Source: an uncultured Mycoplasmatota bacterium (GTDB taxonomy: Bacteria; Bacillota_I; Bacilli_A; RF39; UBA660). Taken from it: 64,000 nucleotides of DNA. The position numbers were made by a program, and so were the translations under genes. The DNA is taken from assembly GCA_900549625.1 (NCBI GenBank), contig URPE01000002.1:2242-66241 (forward strand), read 5' to 3'. Shown here in pieces: positions 45,491 through 55,513 of this stretch. The notes below the pieces were generated by a model that was given only the letters and a program-made list of their open reading frames with translations, did no database searches and was not told the origin of the DNA. Each line of letters begins with the position of its first letter. The stretch's first letter is position 1.

Positions 45491-45928
45491 CTATTTATGA
45501 TAAGTCTCATGATTGATTATCTTAAAAGACCTATATATCTGTTCTAGTAAAATAGCTCTAAAAAGGCCATGAGGAAAAGTAAATTCTGAAAATGACAAAG
45601 CCATATTACTTCTTTTTTTTATATCTTCATGTAAACCTAATGAACTACCAATCACAAAAGTAATTACCGGATAATGTACAAAAGTATTTTCTAATTTACT
45701 TGCTAGTTCTTCACTCTTTAATGCTTTACCCAATATTTCTAATGTAATAACATAATCTCTTGTATCAATATGTTTCAATAATAAATCTCTTTCTAAGTTT
45801 AAAGAATTACTATCATTAACTTCAATTATTTCTAACTTATGATACTTATTAATTCTTTTTTGATAATCACTTATCATCTCTTTTAAATAATTTTCTTTAA
45901 TTTTACCTACACATAATATCTTTATCAT
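45491..45928 (-). CDS. rlmH: 23S rRNA (pseudouridine1915-N3)-methyltransferase RlmH
   Basis: MIKILCVGKIKENYLKEMISDYQKRI...; SPOUT C-terminus (FSEFTFPHGLFRAILLEQIYRS). Confidence 0.9.
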   Translation of the reverse strand: MIKILCVGKIKENYLKEMISDYQKRINKYHKLEIIEVNDSNSLNLERDLLLKHIDTRDYVITLEILGKALKSEELASKLENTFVHYPVITFVIGSSLGLHEDIKKRSNMALSFSEFTFPHGLFRAILLEQIYRSFKIINHETYHK

Positions 45929-46685
45929 CACATACCCTCGTTACTTCATTTTGTTTTGCACAACAAACAAAAGGCTTTTCTATTTCATATTCATCTAATG
46001 TATCACTTAAAGTACTAAGTGCTTTTTCTTCTGTATTATTTTGATGTGATAAGTGCATAAGTATTATTTTTTTAGTATTCTCGCCAACTAATTTAGAAAG
46101 ATAAAAACTAGAATCTTTATTTGACAAATGTCCAAGTGTTCCAAGAACTCTTTGCTTTAGCCATTTAGGATAAGGACCATTCATAAGCATTTCTATATCA
46201 TGATTGCTTTCCATTAGATAATATTCTTTATTTTTTAAAAGTTCAAAATACTTACGATTCAAATAACCAGTATCAGTTAAATATACCAAAGAATTAGCCC
46301 CATGTACTAATACAAAGTTTCTAGAATCACTCGCATCATGACTTCCATGAATATTTAAAATATGAATATCTCCTATATAAAAATCATCTTCATAAACTAT
46401 GACATTATCATAATCTTTTAAATAATCTAAATCATAAAACATTTTCTCCGTTACATAAACTTTAGGGTGATTTTTTTTCAAAAAAATTTTTAGAGCACTA
46501 ACATGATCATCATGTGTATGACTAATTATAATTGCGTCAATTAAACTAGCATCTTCCCCTATTTCCATTAATTTTTCTTTAATATACTTAGCATTTTTAC
46601 CAATATCAAGTAATATTCTTTGTCCCCCAGAGGAAAAGAAAGTGGAATTTCCTTCGCTTCCACTTGCTAAAACAACCACTTTCAT
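45903..46685 (-). CDS. MBL-fold hydrolase, YycJ/WalJ-like
   Basis: SGSEGNS...ISHTHDDHV motifs. ATGA start/stop overlap with the upstream M23 gene. Lies adjacent to rlmH, as at the Bacillus yycJ locus. Confidence 0.8.
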   Translation of the reverse strand: MKVVVLASGSEGNSTFFSSGGQRILLDIGKNAKYIKEKLMEIGEDASLIDAIIISHTHDDHVSALKIFLKKNHPKVYVTEKMFYDLDYLKDYDNVIVYEDDFYIGDIHILNIHGSHDASDSRNFVLVHGANSLVYLTDTGYLNRKYFELLKNKEYYLMESNHDIEMLMNGPYPKWLKQRVLGTLGHLSNKDSSFYLSKLVGENTKKIILMHLSHQNNTEEKALSTLSDTLDEYEIEKPFVCCAKQNEVTRVCDDKDIMCR

Positions 46686-48220
46686 CGAAATAGACTCCAA
46701 GGGCTATACCATTTACCACCATGATTTGGCATACCTACTGATAAACCAAAGTGTAAATGTGTTCCTGTTGAAGAACCAGAAGAACCCATATGCCCTATTA
46801 CTTGACCTTGACTTACACGACTACCTACGCTAACCTCTAAATTACTAGTTAAATGAGCATACATTGTGTAATAATTATTATCATGCTTTATAACTACATA
46901 ATTACCATAAGAGCCACCACACATACTACCATACCAGCCATAATTAGCACATGAATTATAAATCTCAACTACAGTACCTGCTCGTGATGCATATACAGGT
47001 GAATTAAATCCTGTACCTGAAATATCTATAGCATTATGAAAAGAACCCCAACGATACTCATAGTCTGTTGTAATAATGTATGGTGTCTTCGTTGGCCATG
47101 ACCAAGAAAGTCCTGTATTAATAGTGCCACCAGTACCACCACTACCAGTCCAACCATAAGTAGGACTATATTTAGGACCAACACTTGTAACCTCTTCAAC
47201 TGCATTTCTTATTGTAACTGAATTGATAAGTGTTGTTTCTTGTGAACGTTCACCATTAATTACCCTAAGTTCTTGAGTAACTCTCTCAAGTCCCGTAACC
47301 CCCGCTTGTGTAACTTTACTTTCACCACTTTTTAAAGTGTTATCAGTAACAGTTGTCTTAGTATAAGCTTGTTCAACATCTTCAGTAAGTCTCATCTCTT
47401 CATATAATGTAAGAATAGGATTAATAATTCTATTAGATATTTTATCGCCTATTGCTAGTACTGCATTAGCATTTCGATATTTAGGATTTGCAATCATAAG
47501 TTCTCTTACATTTAACTTACTAGCAGAAGCAATACTCTCTAAAGTATCACCTTGCTTAACAATATAATTTTCTTGAGAGTCAGTTGTACCATATAACAAA
47601 TATTGGGTAAGTTCCTTTGCATCTGTAAAAATTTTATTTTTAACTGAAATATATGTTTTTTTAATTGTAATATTTTCTTCAAATTCCATATGCTTTATAT
47701 AAGAACCAACTGTTGTTATTTCTGATTGAGTATTATTAATATATGCCTGATAATCTTTCTCATCAACAAATGTTGTAATAAAACTATACTCTGCATCTGT
47801 AAACACTTTATCATCTAAAACATATATTTTAGTAACTTTTTCATCTTTATCTTTAGTTGCAGGACTAGTAATAGTTATCTCATATCCTTCAATAGTAAAA
47901 TCGCCTTGATTTTTAATCTTTTGGTAAATATCATTAGCTGAACTAACTCCCCCATTATAAGTAATAGATTCTAATATATCAAATCCAGTTGGAGGATAAA
48001 CTTGATTAATTTGATATGTATCTTTAATTTCTTGTTGCTCTTCATTAATAAGATTTAATAGTTCATCTTTATCTTCTACCAACCCCACTTTTTTACCATC
48101 TAAATACACCTGATAAACACGAGAAGGATTTTCTTTAAGTTTATTAACACCAATTAAAGTAAAAAATATTCCCATCAAGACAACCACGATAGCTAACATA
48201 ATTTTATTCTTTGTTTTCAT
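46682..48220 (-). CDS. Membrane-anchored LysM-G5-M23 peptidoglycan endopeptidase
   Basis: N-terminal TM. LysM (VKQGDTLESIASASKLNVRELMIANP), G5-like block (KSGESKVTQAGVTGLERV...VGPK) and M23 (FHNAIDISG...GTHLHFG). Confidence 0.85.
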   Translation of the reverse strand: MKTKNKIMLAIVVVLMGIFFTLIGVNKLKENPSRVYQVYLDGKKVGLVEDKDELLNLINEEQQEIKDTYQINQVYPPTGFDILESITYNGGVSSANDIYQKIKNQGDFTIEGYEITITSPATKDKDEKVTKIYVLDDKVFTDAEYSFITTFVDEKDYQAYINNTQSEITTVGSYIKHMEFEENITIKKTYISVKNKIFTDAKELTQYLLYGTTDSQENYIVKQGDTLESIASASKLNVRELMIANPKYRNANAVLAIGDKISNRIINPILTLYEEMRLTEDVEQAYTKTTVTDNTLKSGESKVTQAGVTGLERVTQELRVINGERSQETTLINSVTIRNAVEEVTSVGPKYSPTYGWTGSGGTGGTINTGLSWSWPTKTPYIITTDYEYRWGSFHNAIDISGTGFNSPVYASRAGTVVEIYNSCANYGWYGSMCGGSYGNYVVIKHDNNYYTMYAHLTSNLEVSVGSRVSQGQVIGHMGSSGSSTGTHLHFGLSVGMPNHGGKWYSPWSLFR

Positions 48221-48231
48221 ATTCTTCCTTT

Positions 48232-49581
48232 CTAAAATGCCGTATCATCAATTGGTGTATATGGTTTAAATGAGCTTTTATTAAGTTCAAATAATATTTG
48301 AAATAAGCCCGTTCCACCACGACGATGTTTAGCAATAATAACGTCAACTGGTACAATATTACTTTTATTTTCAGCCGACTTTGTTTCGAAATAATCTTGT
48401 CGATTTAAAAACAATACCAAATCTGCATCTTGTTCTATTGAACCAGATTCACGTAAATCAGCAAGTCTTGGTTGATTAGATTCTCTTCGCTCAGCATTAC
48501 GTGATAACTGGGCAAGTGCAATTACTGGCACTTTTAATTCCATTGCCATTGTTTTAAATGCACGTGAAATTTCTGAAACCTCAACTTGTCTTGATTCTAC
48601 TCTACCACCCGTTGTAACTAACTGTAAGTAATCTATTACAACTAATCCAAGTCCTTTAGGACTAGAAGCAAGCCTTCGACATTTTGCTTTAATTTCTGAT
48701 GCTGTAACTGATGCGTCATCTTCTATATATATATTAGTATCAGCAAGTTCACTCATCGCTTCTGTATAACGTTTCCAATCATTTTCATTAAGCATACCTG
48801 TTTTTAACTTATCACCTTCAATTTGTCCTACTGAACTAATCATTCGATTTACTAACTGTTCACTACTCATTTCTAAGTTAAAAATAGCTACTGCTTTATC
48901 GGTTGTCATTGCCGCATTCGTAGCTAAATTTAGAGCAAAAGCCGTTTTTCCCATACCTGGACGAGCAGCTAAAATAATAAGTTCTCCTTCATGTAAACCA
49001 GCAGTAGCTTTATCCAAATCTTTAAATCCTGTTGAAAGTCCTGTTACTGCACTATGATTTTTACTCATTAATTCTAGATTTTCATGTGCCTCTCTTAAAG
49101 CCTCACTTATTGTTTTAAATTCACTAGTTTGTCTTGTTCTTACAACATTCAAAAGTTTTTGTTCAGAAGTATCAAGTATTTTAGTAAGACCTTCTTCTTC
49201 ATCATAAGCATCTGTAATAATGTTAGTTGCTGTATCAATAAGTCTTCTTCTTGTTGCCTTATCTTTAACTATTTCCATATAATAATCTAAGTTAGCACTA
49301 GTTGCAACCGAGTCAATTATTTCACTTAGATAATCAATCCCACCAATTGCATTTAAGTTTTTTTGTTTATCAAGTTCATTTTTTACAGTTGTAATATCAA
49401 TAGGTGTATTAGTCTTATATAATTCCATAAATGCCCTAAATATCTTCTTATTAGCGTCACTAAAAAACATATCTTCTGTAATATTTTCCATTATTTTTTC
49501 AAGTGCATAAGGATTTAAGAAAACAACCCCTAAAACACTCATTTCCGCTTCTAAATTTTTAGGCATCTCTCTTGTTGCCAT
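48232..49581 (-). CDS. dnaB: Replicative DNA helicase (DnaB family)
   Basis: 449 aa with Walker A ARPGMGKTAF and an N-terminal DnaB domain. Follows rplI. Confidence 0.95.
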   Translation of the reverse strand: MATREMPKNLEAEMSVLGVVFLNPYALEKIMENITEDMFFSDANKKIFRAFMELYKTNTPIDITTVKNELDKQKNLNAIGGIDYLSEIIDSVATSANLDYYMEIVKDKATRRRLIDTATNIITDAYDEEEGLTKILDTSEQKLLNVVRTRQTSEFKTISEALREAHENLELMSKNHSAVTGLSTGFKDLDKATAGLHEGELIILAARPGMGKTAFALNLATNAAMTTDKAVAIFNLEMSSEQLVNRMISSVGQIEGDKLKTGMLNENDWKRYTEAMSELADTNIYIEDDASVTASEIKAKCRRLASSPKGLGLVVIDYLQLVTTGGRVESRQVEVSEISRAFKTMAMELKVPVIALAQLSRNAERRESNQPRLADLRESGSIEQDADLVLFLNRQDYFETKSAENKSNIVPVDVIIAKHRRGGTGLFQILFELNKSSFKPYTPIDDTAF

Positions 49582-49589
49582 TTAATCAC

Positions 49590-50030
49590 CTACTTTTTTA
49601 ATATCACATTAATATCAAATGTAACTCTTTTATGAAGAGCTATTGTTACTCTATGCGTTCCAAGTGTATCTAAATTATGATCTAATATAATACATTTTTT
49701 AGGAACGTCAAATCCATATTCTTTTAACTTATCACTAATTTGTTTAGTAGAAACCATTCCAAAAATTCGATCATCATTACCAGTTTTAACTTGAAAAGTA
49801 TAACTCTTTTTTTGAATTTCTTTTTGTAAATTTTCTAGATTTTTAACAAGTTCTTCTTCCTCTAAATGTCTATCAAGAATTTCTTTATCTAATACCTCTT
49901 TACTTTTTTTAGTTGCTAAAACTGCAAGACCTTTTTTTAATAAGAAATTTGTTCCATAGCCATCACTTACATTAATGACCTCATCTTTCTTTCCTTGTCC
50001 TTTAACATCTTTTAATAAAATAACTTGCAT
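49590..50030 (-). CDS. rplI: 50S ribosomal protein L9
   Basis: [30 protein letters not shown]... Start at ATG 50028-50030 after AGGAGG. Confidence 0.95.
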   Translation of the reverse strand: MQVILLKDVKGQGKKDEVINVSDGYGTNFLLKKGLAVLATKKSKEVLDKEILDRHLEEEELVKNLENLQKEIQKKSYTFQVKTGNDDRIFGMVSTKQISDKLKEYGFDVPKKCIILDHNLDTLGTHRVTIALHKRVTFDINVILKK

Positions 50031-50257
50031 AATAAGTTGCCTCCTTAAAACTAACAACCATATTATACAAAATATCTAGTTTTTTTTCTACCCAAAAGAA
50101 AAAGTAATTTATTTTTAAGAAATCTACTAATCAAATAAACTAATACTAATTTTTTCGACTATTTTAAAGAAATTTACGTAAAAAAAAAGAAAATCGACTA
50201 ATCGCTGTGTATATATATAAGTAGAGATACTTATCTCTTAGGAAGGAGGTTATATAA

Positions 50258-51160
50258 ATGATAAAAGAATATACTAAGTTAGATAATTGGTTTACTGCTA
50301 AGCGTGACCGCGTGTTTAAAGCTGTTTTTGTAAATGACAAAGATAAAAGACTACTTGAATGTATTTTAAAGGAAACTTTAAATAAGTCAGTTAATATTGT
50401 TAAATTTCATATTACTGAACTTGCTGTTAAAACCATTAGTGAACGAGTTAAAATGTTAGACGTTTTAATTGAAATAGATAATAACAAATTTATTTTATGT
50501 GAAATTAATACCTCTTTTAGCACTGTCATTAGAGAACGTAATTTAATGTTTCTAGAAGCATTTTCGTCTCAGAGAGTTAAACGTGGCGAAAAATATAGAA
50601 AGATAAACGAAATTTATTTAATTAACTATAATTTTATTGCCGACTTAGGTGGACCAATTATTAGACATTTCACTTATCGTGATGAAAATGGCAAAAAATA
50701 TTCTAATTCGAGAATGATCATCAACGTCAATATGGACAAATTGCTTAAAAATTATTATAATGATGGTGGAAAGGATGCGTACAAACACTTAGCTATGCTT
50801 GATATGGCTCAAAAGAGTTTACATGATTTAGCTCAAAATGATGAGATAGCTAGTATGTACTACAATAAACTTATGGAGCTTAATACCGATCAAGAATTTG
50901 TTCAATTATTATCAAATGATGATGAATACGAATTATATGTCGAATCTGAAATTAGTGAAGCCCGTGAAGATGCTCGCAAAGAAGGCGTCAAAGAAGGAAT
51001 TGATATTGGCGTTGCACGTGGTAAAACACAGGGTTCAAAAGAATCTAAGTTAGAGATCGCGAATGCTATGCTTAGTAATCACGAAGACTTAGAAAAAATA
51101 ATGACTTATACTAATCTTACCAAGGATGAAATACTAAACCTTAAAAATACTAACAACTAA
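50258..51160 (+). CDS. Rpn-family recombination-promoting nuclease / PD-(D/E)XK putative transposase
   Basis: N-terminal DRVFKAVF...MLDVLIE...ILCEINT (PD-(D/E)XK-like core) and a helical C-terminal tail (EAREDARKEGVKEGIDIG...) typical of this family. Confidence 0.7.
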   Translation: MIKEYTKLDNWFTAKRDRVFKAVFVNDKDKRLLECILKETLNKSVNIVKFHITELAVKTISERVKMLDVLIEIDNNKFILCEINTSFSTVIRERNLMFLEAFSSQRVKRGEKYRKINEIYLINYNFIADLGGPIIRHFTYRDENGKKYSNSRMIINVNMDKLLKNYYNDGGKDAYKHLAMLDMAQKSLHDLAQNDEIASMYYNKLMELNTDQEFVQLLSNDDEYELYVESEISEAREDARKEGVKEGIDIGVARGKTQGSKESKLEIANAMLSNHEDLEKIMTYTNLTKDEILNLKNTNN

Positions 51161-51232
51161 CATTAACGATCAAAAATAGACTTTTTTAGAAAGCCTATTT
51201 TTTTATATAAAGTAAAAAAGACAACTTGTGTC

Positions 51233-51448
51233 TTATTTTACAAATGGAATTAAAGCCATAAATCTTGCATATTTAATTTGTTCAGCAATATGTCTTTGAT
51301 GTTTAGCACATGCGCCAGTCATACGTCTAGGTAAAATTTTTCCTTTATCACTAATATATTTATTAATAATCATAACGTCTTTATAATCAACACTTTTACC
51401 AGCACACATTTGACAGATTTTTTTCTTTTTTCTTCTAAATTCAGCCAT
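51233..51448 (-). CDS. rpsR: 30S ribosomal protein S18
   Basis: 71-aa S18-family sequence. Confidence 0.95.
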   Translation of the reverse strand: MAEFRRKKKKICQMCAGKSVDYKDVMIINKYISDKGKILPRRMTGACAKHQRHIAEQIKYARFMALIPFVK

Positions 51449-51465
51449 ATAAAATATCTCCTTTC

Positions 51466-51978
51466 CTAGAATGGAAGATCATCATCAGATAGAGCAATTT
51501 CATCTCCAAAATCTTTGAATGGGTCTTCACTAATATCAGTGGTCTCCACCGGATTTGGTTCGCTAAAAGATGGTCCAGGTTGAGCTTGTGAATAACTTGG
51601 AGCAGAATAACTTTGATTAGAATAATTATTAGGTTGTTCATAAGTACTATCACCAGTACCACGACTACCTAAAAACGTAACATTATCAGCTACTACATCA
51701 GTTGTATAATGTCTTTGTCCATCAGCTCCATCATAACTACCTGTTTGAATTCTACCATCAACAGCCACTTGTGAACCCTTAGTACAATATTTAGCAATTG
51801 TCTCAGCTTGTCTTCTAAAAGCAACACAACCAATAAAATCAGTTGCAGCTTGACCATTTGCATTTGGATTATAAGGTCTTGAAACTGCTACTGTAAAACG
51901 TGTAACAGCTGTTCCATTCCCACTTGTACGCATCTCTGGGTCTCTTGCAAGTCTACCAATTAAAACAACTTTGTTCAT
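51466..51978 (-). CDS. ssb: Single-stranded DNA-binding protein
   Basis: OB fold ([17 protein letters not shown]...), a Gly/Ser/Gln/Pro-rich linker and the acidic tip DDDLPF. Confidence 0.96.
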   Translation of the reverse strand: MNKVVLIGRLARDPEMRTSGNGTAVTRFTVAVSRPYNPNANGQAATDFIGCVAFRRQAETIAKYCTKGSQVAVDGRIQTGSYDGADGQRHYTTDVVADNVTFLGSRGTGDSTYEQPNNYSNQSYSAPSYSQAQPGPSFSEPNPVETTDISEDPFKDFGDEIALSDDDLPF

Positions 51979-51981
51979 TTT

Positions 51982-52272
51982 TTACTCCTCTTCTTGACGA
52001 ATAATTAAATGTCTAAGTACATTTTCATCAAGTCTGATTTTACGATCAAATTCACTAATAATATCTTTATTAGCTTCCACTTGCATTAAGTAATAATTAC
52101 CACTTATTTCCTTTTTAATAGGATAAGCAAGTTTCTTTTGACCAAGTTCTTTGTAAAGAACTACTTTACCATTTAAATCTTCAACTAATGATTTAAAACT
52201 ATCAGCACATTTTTTTGCTTCTGCACTTTCCATAGTAGTTTTTACAATAAACATAATTTCATATTTGTTCAT
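51982..52272 (-). CDS. rpsF: 30S ribosomal protein S6
   Basis: 96-aa S6-family sequence (MNKYEIMFIV...). Confidence 0.95.
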   Translation of the reverse strand: MNKYEIMFIVKTTMESAEAKKCADSFKSLVEDLNGKVVLYKELGQKKLAYPIKKEISGNYYLMQVEANKDIISEFDRKIRLDENVLRHLIIRQEEE

Positions 52273-52343
52273 TTCTACACCTCCTCATGGTCTATTGGCT
52301 TTTCATCAATGTAAAAAGCAAGGAGTAATCGCTTACTCGCTAG

Positions 52344-53009
52344 TTATTTTAACAGATTTCTTTCTCTTTGTAAACTTGTTTTATTTAATTTTTCTCTTAA
52401 AAATCTATTAACAACCTCCATTATTTCTGACAAGTTCATATACAAAACTTGATGTTTATACTTCTCCCAAAATAAATAAACCAAAAAATCAGAAATAACA
52501 TCACTAATATTTGGATCTACTGTTTCATCCATCATCACAAATAAATCCCAAGGCTTTTCTCTTGTATTTGCAATATTATATTCAACAAACTCTTCTTGTA
52601 CCTCATTAAAAGGCAATTTAATAACTTCTTTATCTTCCACTAGATAGTAATTATTATCACCTTTAATAATTAAAAAATTTCTACCAAAATATTTATTTAC
52701 AACCATTTCTATAGCCCTAAAAATAGTATTTTTATATTCTTTATTAAAACGAATTCTTGCATCATAACAAGCTGTTATTTTAAAAGCAAGCATTTCATTA
52801 CTAACCCTTATTTTATTTAACTCTTGCTCTAATTTTATTAACTTATTTGATTTATTATCTAATAATTCTCTTACATCCTTTTTTTCACAAACAATATTTA
52901 AATCATACAACTCTCTTGATAGCGCATCAACAAATGGCTGCCTATCCTTTATTTCATTCTCATTATCTCGCACTTTTTTGTAAAATTTTTCTAATTCATC
53001 TATTGTCAT
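52344..53009 (-). CDS. Hypothetical protein
   Basis: ~221 aa from ATG 53007-53009 (MTIDELEKF...) after AAAGGAG. No motif recognised. Confidence 0.55.
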   Translation of the reverse strand: MTIDELEKFYKKVRDNENEIKDRQPFVDALSRELYDLNIVCEKKDVRELLDNKSNKLIKLEQELNKIRVSNEMLAFKITACYDARIRFNKEYKNTIFRAIEMVVNKYFGRNFLIIKGDNNYYLVEDKEVIKLPFNEVQEEFVEYNIANTREKPWDLFVMMDETVDPNISDVISDFLVYLFWEKYKHQVLYMNLSEIMEVVNRFLREKLNKTSLQRERNLLK

Positions 53010-53194
53010 AATACTCCTTTCAAGCAAAATATTTAAATTTTACAATTTTTTATACTAACTCTTTTCTCTTAAAATAAAAAGACTAGTAGACACAATTTAA
53101 TTATACTTGACACTTTTTTCTTTTATACCAAATTTATTATTAATTAAGTAGATTTATAAATAGTTATTTTATATAATAAAAACGGTGATATTTT

Positions 53195-55513
53195 ATGCAA
53201 ATAATACTTACAAGCCAAAGTCAAAAAGAATCATTATTAAAAAAGAAAGAAACTTTTGCAAATATCAAAATATATACTATAGAAGAGTTAAAAAGTGTTT
53301 ATCCTTATCTATGGAGTAATGAAGCAATTGATTATATAATGAGTACGTATGACGTTATATTACCAGTAGCTAAAATCTATTTAAATCAAATAATATTATA
53401 TGATATAGATAATATTCCTGGGCTTACTGGTGATATGTTAAAAGAAATTAAAAAAAATCTTATTGCCAAATCCCTTTTAAAAGAAAACATTTTATTAAAA
53501 AAAGAACTAGAAAGCTCTCCTATTGAAATAACCATACCAAAAGAAACTTGGCTTACTACTTGGTTAAAAGACTATAAACTAATTTTCAAAGAAGAAGAAG
53601 CTAATAACTATTCTCCGACTATTTATGAATTTTCATCTTTTAATAATGAGCTCCTTTTTGTAACTGAAAAAATAAAAGAACTATTAGAAAATAACGTTAG
53701 TCCTAAAAATATCTTTATAACTAATTTAGAAACTAGTGATTACTTAAATATAAAAAGAATAATGTCCATGGCTAGTATTCCCCTTACTATAAATGATAAT
53801 CCCCCACTTGCTAAAACAACTCTTGGTAATATCTTCTTAAAAAAGTTAGAAACACTTTCCTTAAATGAAGCCATAGATTATTTAAAGAGTCACCTAGACT
53901 CTAATGACTTAGACTTATTTAATGAAATTATTAATGTTGTCAATAACTATGTTGGTTTAAACCATACTAAAGACTTTATTAAATATGCTTTAAATAGTAC
54001 CTCAGTAAAAAGACCCATCAATACTTTTTCAATTACCGAAAAAAGCATTCTTGACATTGAGCCAAATGAAGATAACTACATCTTTTTATTAAATGCTACC
54101 TCAAATATTTTACCTTTAACTACTAAAGATGAAGATTTTCTAAGTGATGAAATAAAGTCTTTAATTGGTGGCACAACCAGTCTTGAAAAAAACAAAATAA
54201 TTAAAGAAACTACTTTAAAGAAAATATTATCCCTAAAAAATATTACAATTACTTATAGTACTACTAAAGACGGTAAAGAACTTTACCCATCATCATTAAT
54301 TAAAGACTATGAAGTAATTAAAAACCCCCCTTTAAAATATAACGTTTCTAACAAGTTAAACAAGATCATTCTAACCAAAGAACTAGATGAATACACTAAA
54401 TATAACGTTATCTCTAGTACTCTAAAAGACTTAAATTGTTACTATAGTCTACCATATCAAACTTATGATAATTCTTACAAAAAAATAAAAAAAGACATAC
54501 TTAATGAGTACTTAAAAAATATAAACATATCTTATAGCAGCATGGATACTTACAATAAATGTCCCTTTAAATACTTTATAACTAACGTTCTTAGAATAAC
54601 ACCTTATGAAGAAACGTGGCAAATTTTTGTTGGTAACCTATTTCATAAAATTTTAGAAAATAAAGATTTAAAAGATTGGTCCAAACTATATGATGAGTTA
54701 AGTACTGATAGAGATCTAACTTATAAAGAAAAATTTTTCTTAAAAAAATTAAAAACCGATCTAGCCTTTATTTTAAAAACATTAAAAGACAATGAAACAG
54801 AAAATGATTTACCATATGAAGCATACGAAACAGAACTAATTGTACCAATAACTCCTAATGGAACAGTAATAGGTAGAATTGACAAAATGAAATATGCAAA
54901 AGTTAATGATAAGTCTATAGTTACTTTAATCGATTATAAAACAGGTAATGCTAAAATTGACCCATCCATCATGCCCCTAGGTTTTAGTTTACAACTACCT
55001 ACTTATTTATATCTTTTAAAAAATACAGCAAATTATAAAGATGCCATCTTTGGTGGTATATACTTTCAAAACATTTTACCTACTAGAATAACTTATGAAG
55101 AAAATAAAACCCTAGATTACCAAAAAAAAGAAAACTTAAAACTACATGGCTTCAGTAGCAACGATCAAAGCATTTTAAAATACGTCGATAAGCACTATGA
55201 AAACTCTCGTATAATTAAAGGATTAAAAACCAAAAGTGATGGCGAATTTTATTCTTATGCTAAGGTACTAAATGAAACTGACTTAACAACCCTTGAAAAT
55301 CTAGCCCATAAATTTCTTTTAGAAAGCACTGAGAATATTTTAGCTGGCAATTTTAACATAACAGCTAAAATAATTGATAATAAAGAAAACATAAGTTGTG
55401 AATATTGTAAACTAAAAGATATTTGTTTTCATACCAATAAAGAAAACATTTATTTAAAAAGTGACAAAACATTTTTAAAGAAAGAGAGTGATTCACATGG
55501 CATGGACTCCTGA
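53195..55513 (+). CDS. addB: AddB/RexB-type helicase-nuclease subunit, compact form
   Basis: 772 aa with no Walker A. C-terminal RecB-type nuclease (GRIDKM...LIDYKTG) and Fe-S cysteines (YNKCPFKYF; CEYCKLKDIC). Overlaps addA. Confidence 0.8.
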   Translation: MQIILTSQSQKESLLKKKETFANIKIYTIEELKSVYPYLWSNEAIDYIMSTYDVILPVAKIYLNQIILYDIDNIPGLTGDMLKEIKKNLIAKSLLKENILLKKELESSPIEITIPKETWLTTWLKDYKLIFKEEEANNYSPTIYEFSSFNNELLFVTEKIKELLENNVSPKNIFITNLETSDYLNIKRIMSMASIPLTINDNPPLAKTTLGNIFLKKLETLSLNEAIDYLKSHLDSNDLDLFNEIINVVNNYVGLNHTKDFIKYALNSTSVKRPINTFSITEKSILDIEPNEDNYIFLLNATSNILPLTTKDEDFLSDEIKSLIGGTTSLEKNKIIKETTLKKILSLKNITITYSTTKDGKELYPSSLIKDYEVIKNPPLKYNVSNKLNKIILTKELDEYTKYNVISSTLKDLNCYYSLPYQTYDNSYKKIKKDILNEYLKNINISYSSMDTYNKCPFKYFITNVLRITPYEETWQIFVGNLFHKILENKDLKDWSKLYDELSTDRDLTYKEKFFLKKLKTDLAFILKTLKDNETENDLPYEAYETELIVPITPNGTVIGRIDKMKYAKVNDKSIVTLIDYKTGNAKIDPSIMPLGFSLQLPTYLYLLKNTANYKDAIFGGIYFQNILPTRITYEENKTLDYQKKENLKLHGFSSNDQSILKYVDKHYENSRIIKGLKTKSDGEFYSYAKVLNETDLTTLENLAHKFLLESTENILAGNFNITAKIIDNKENISCEYCKLKDICFHTNKENIYLKSDKTFLKKESDSHGMDS

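Noticed and set aside
19198-51662. Same-strand alternative-frame ORFs 19198-19392, 39806-39991 and 51441-51662.
   Set aside because: Each lies inside a longer ORF with clear identity (rplD, the 1369-aa gene, ssb/rpsR) and gives low-complexity products. They are frame artefacts.
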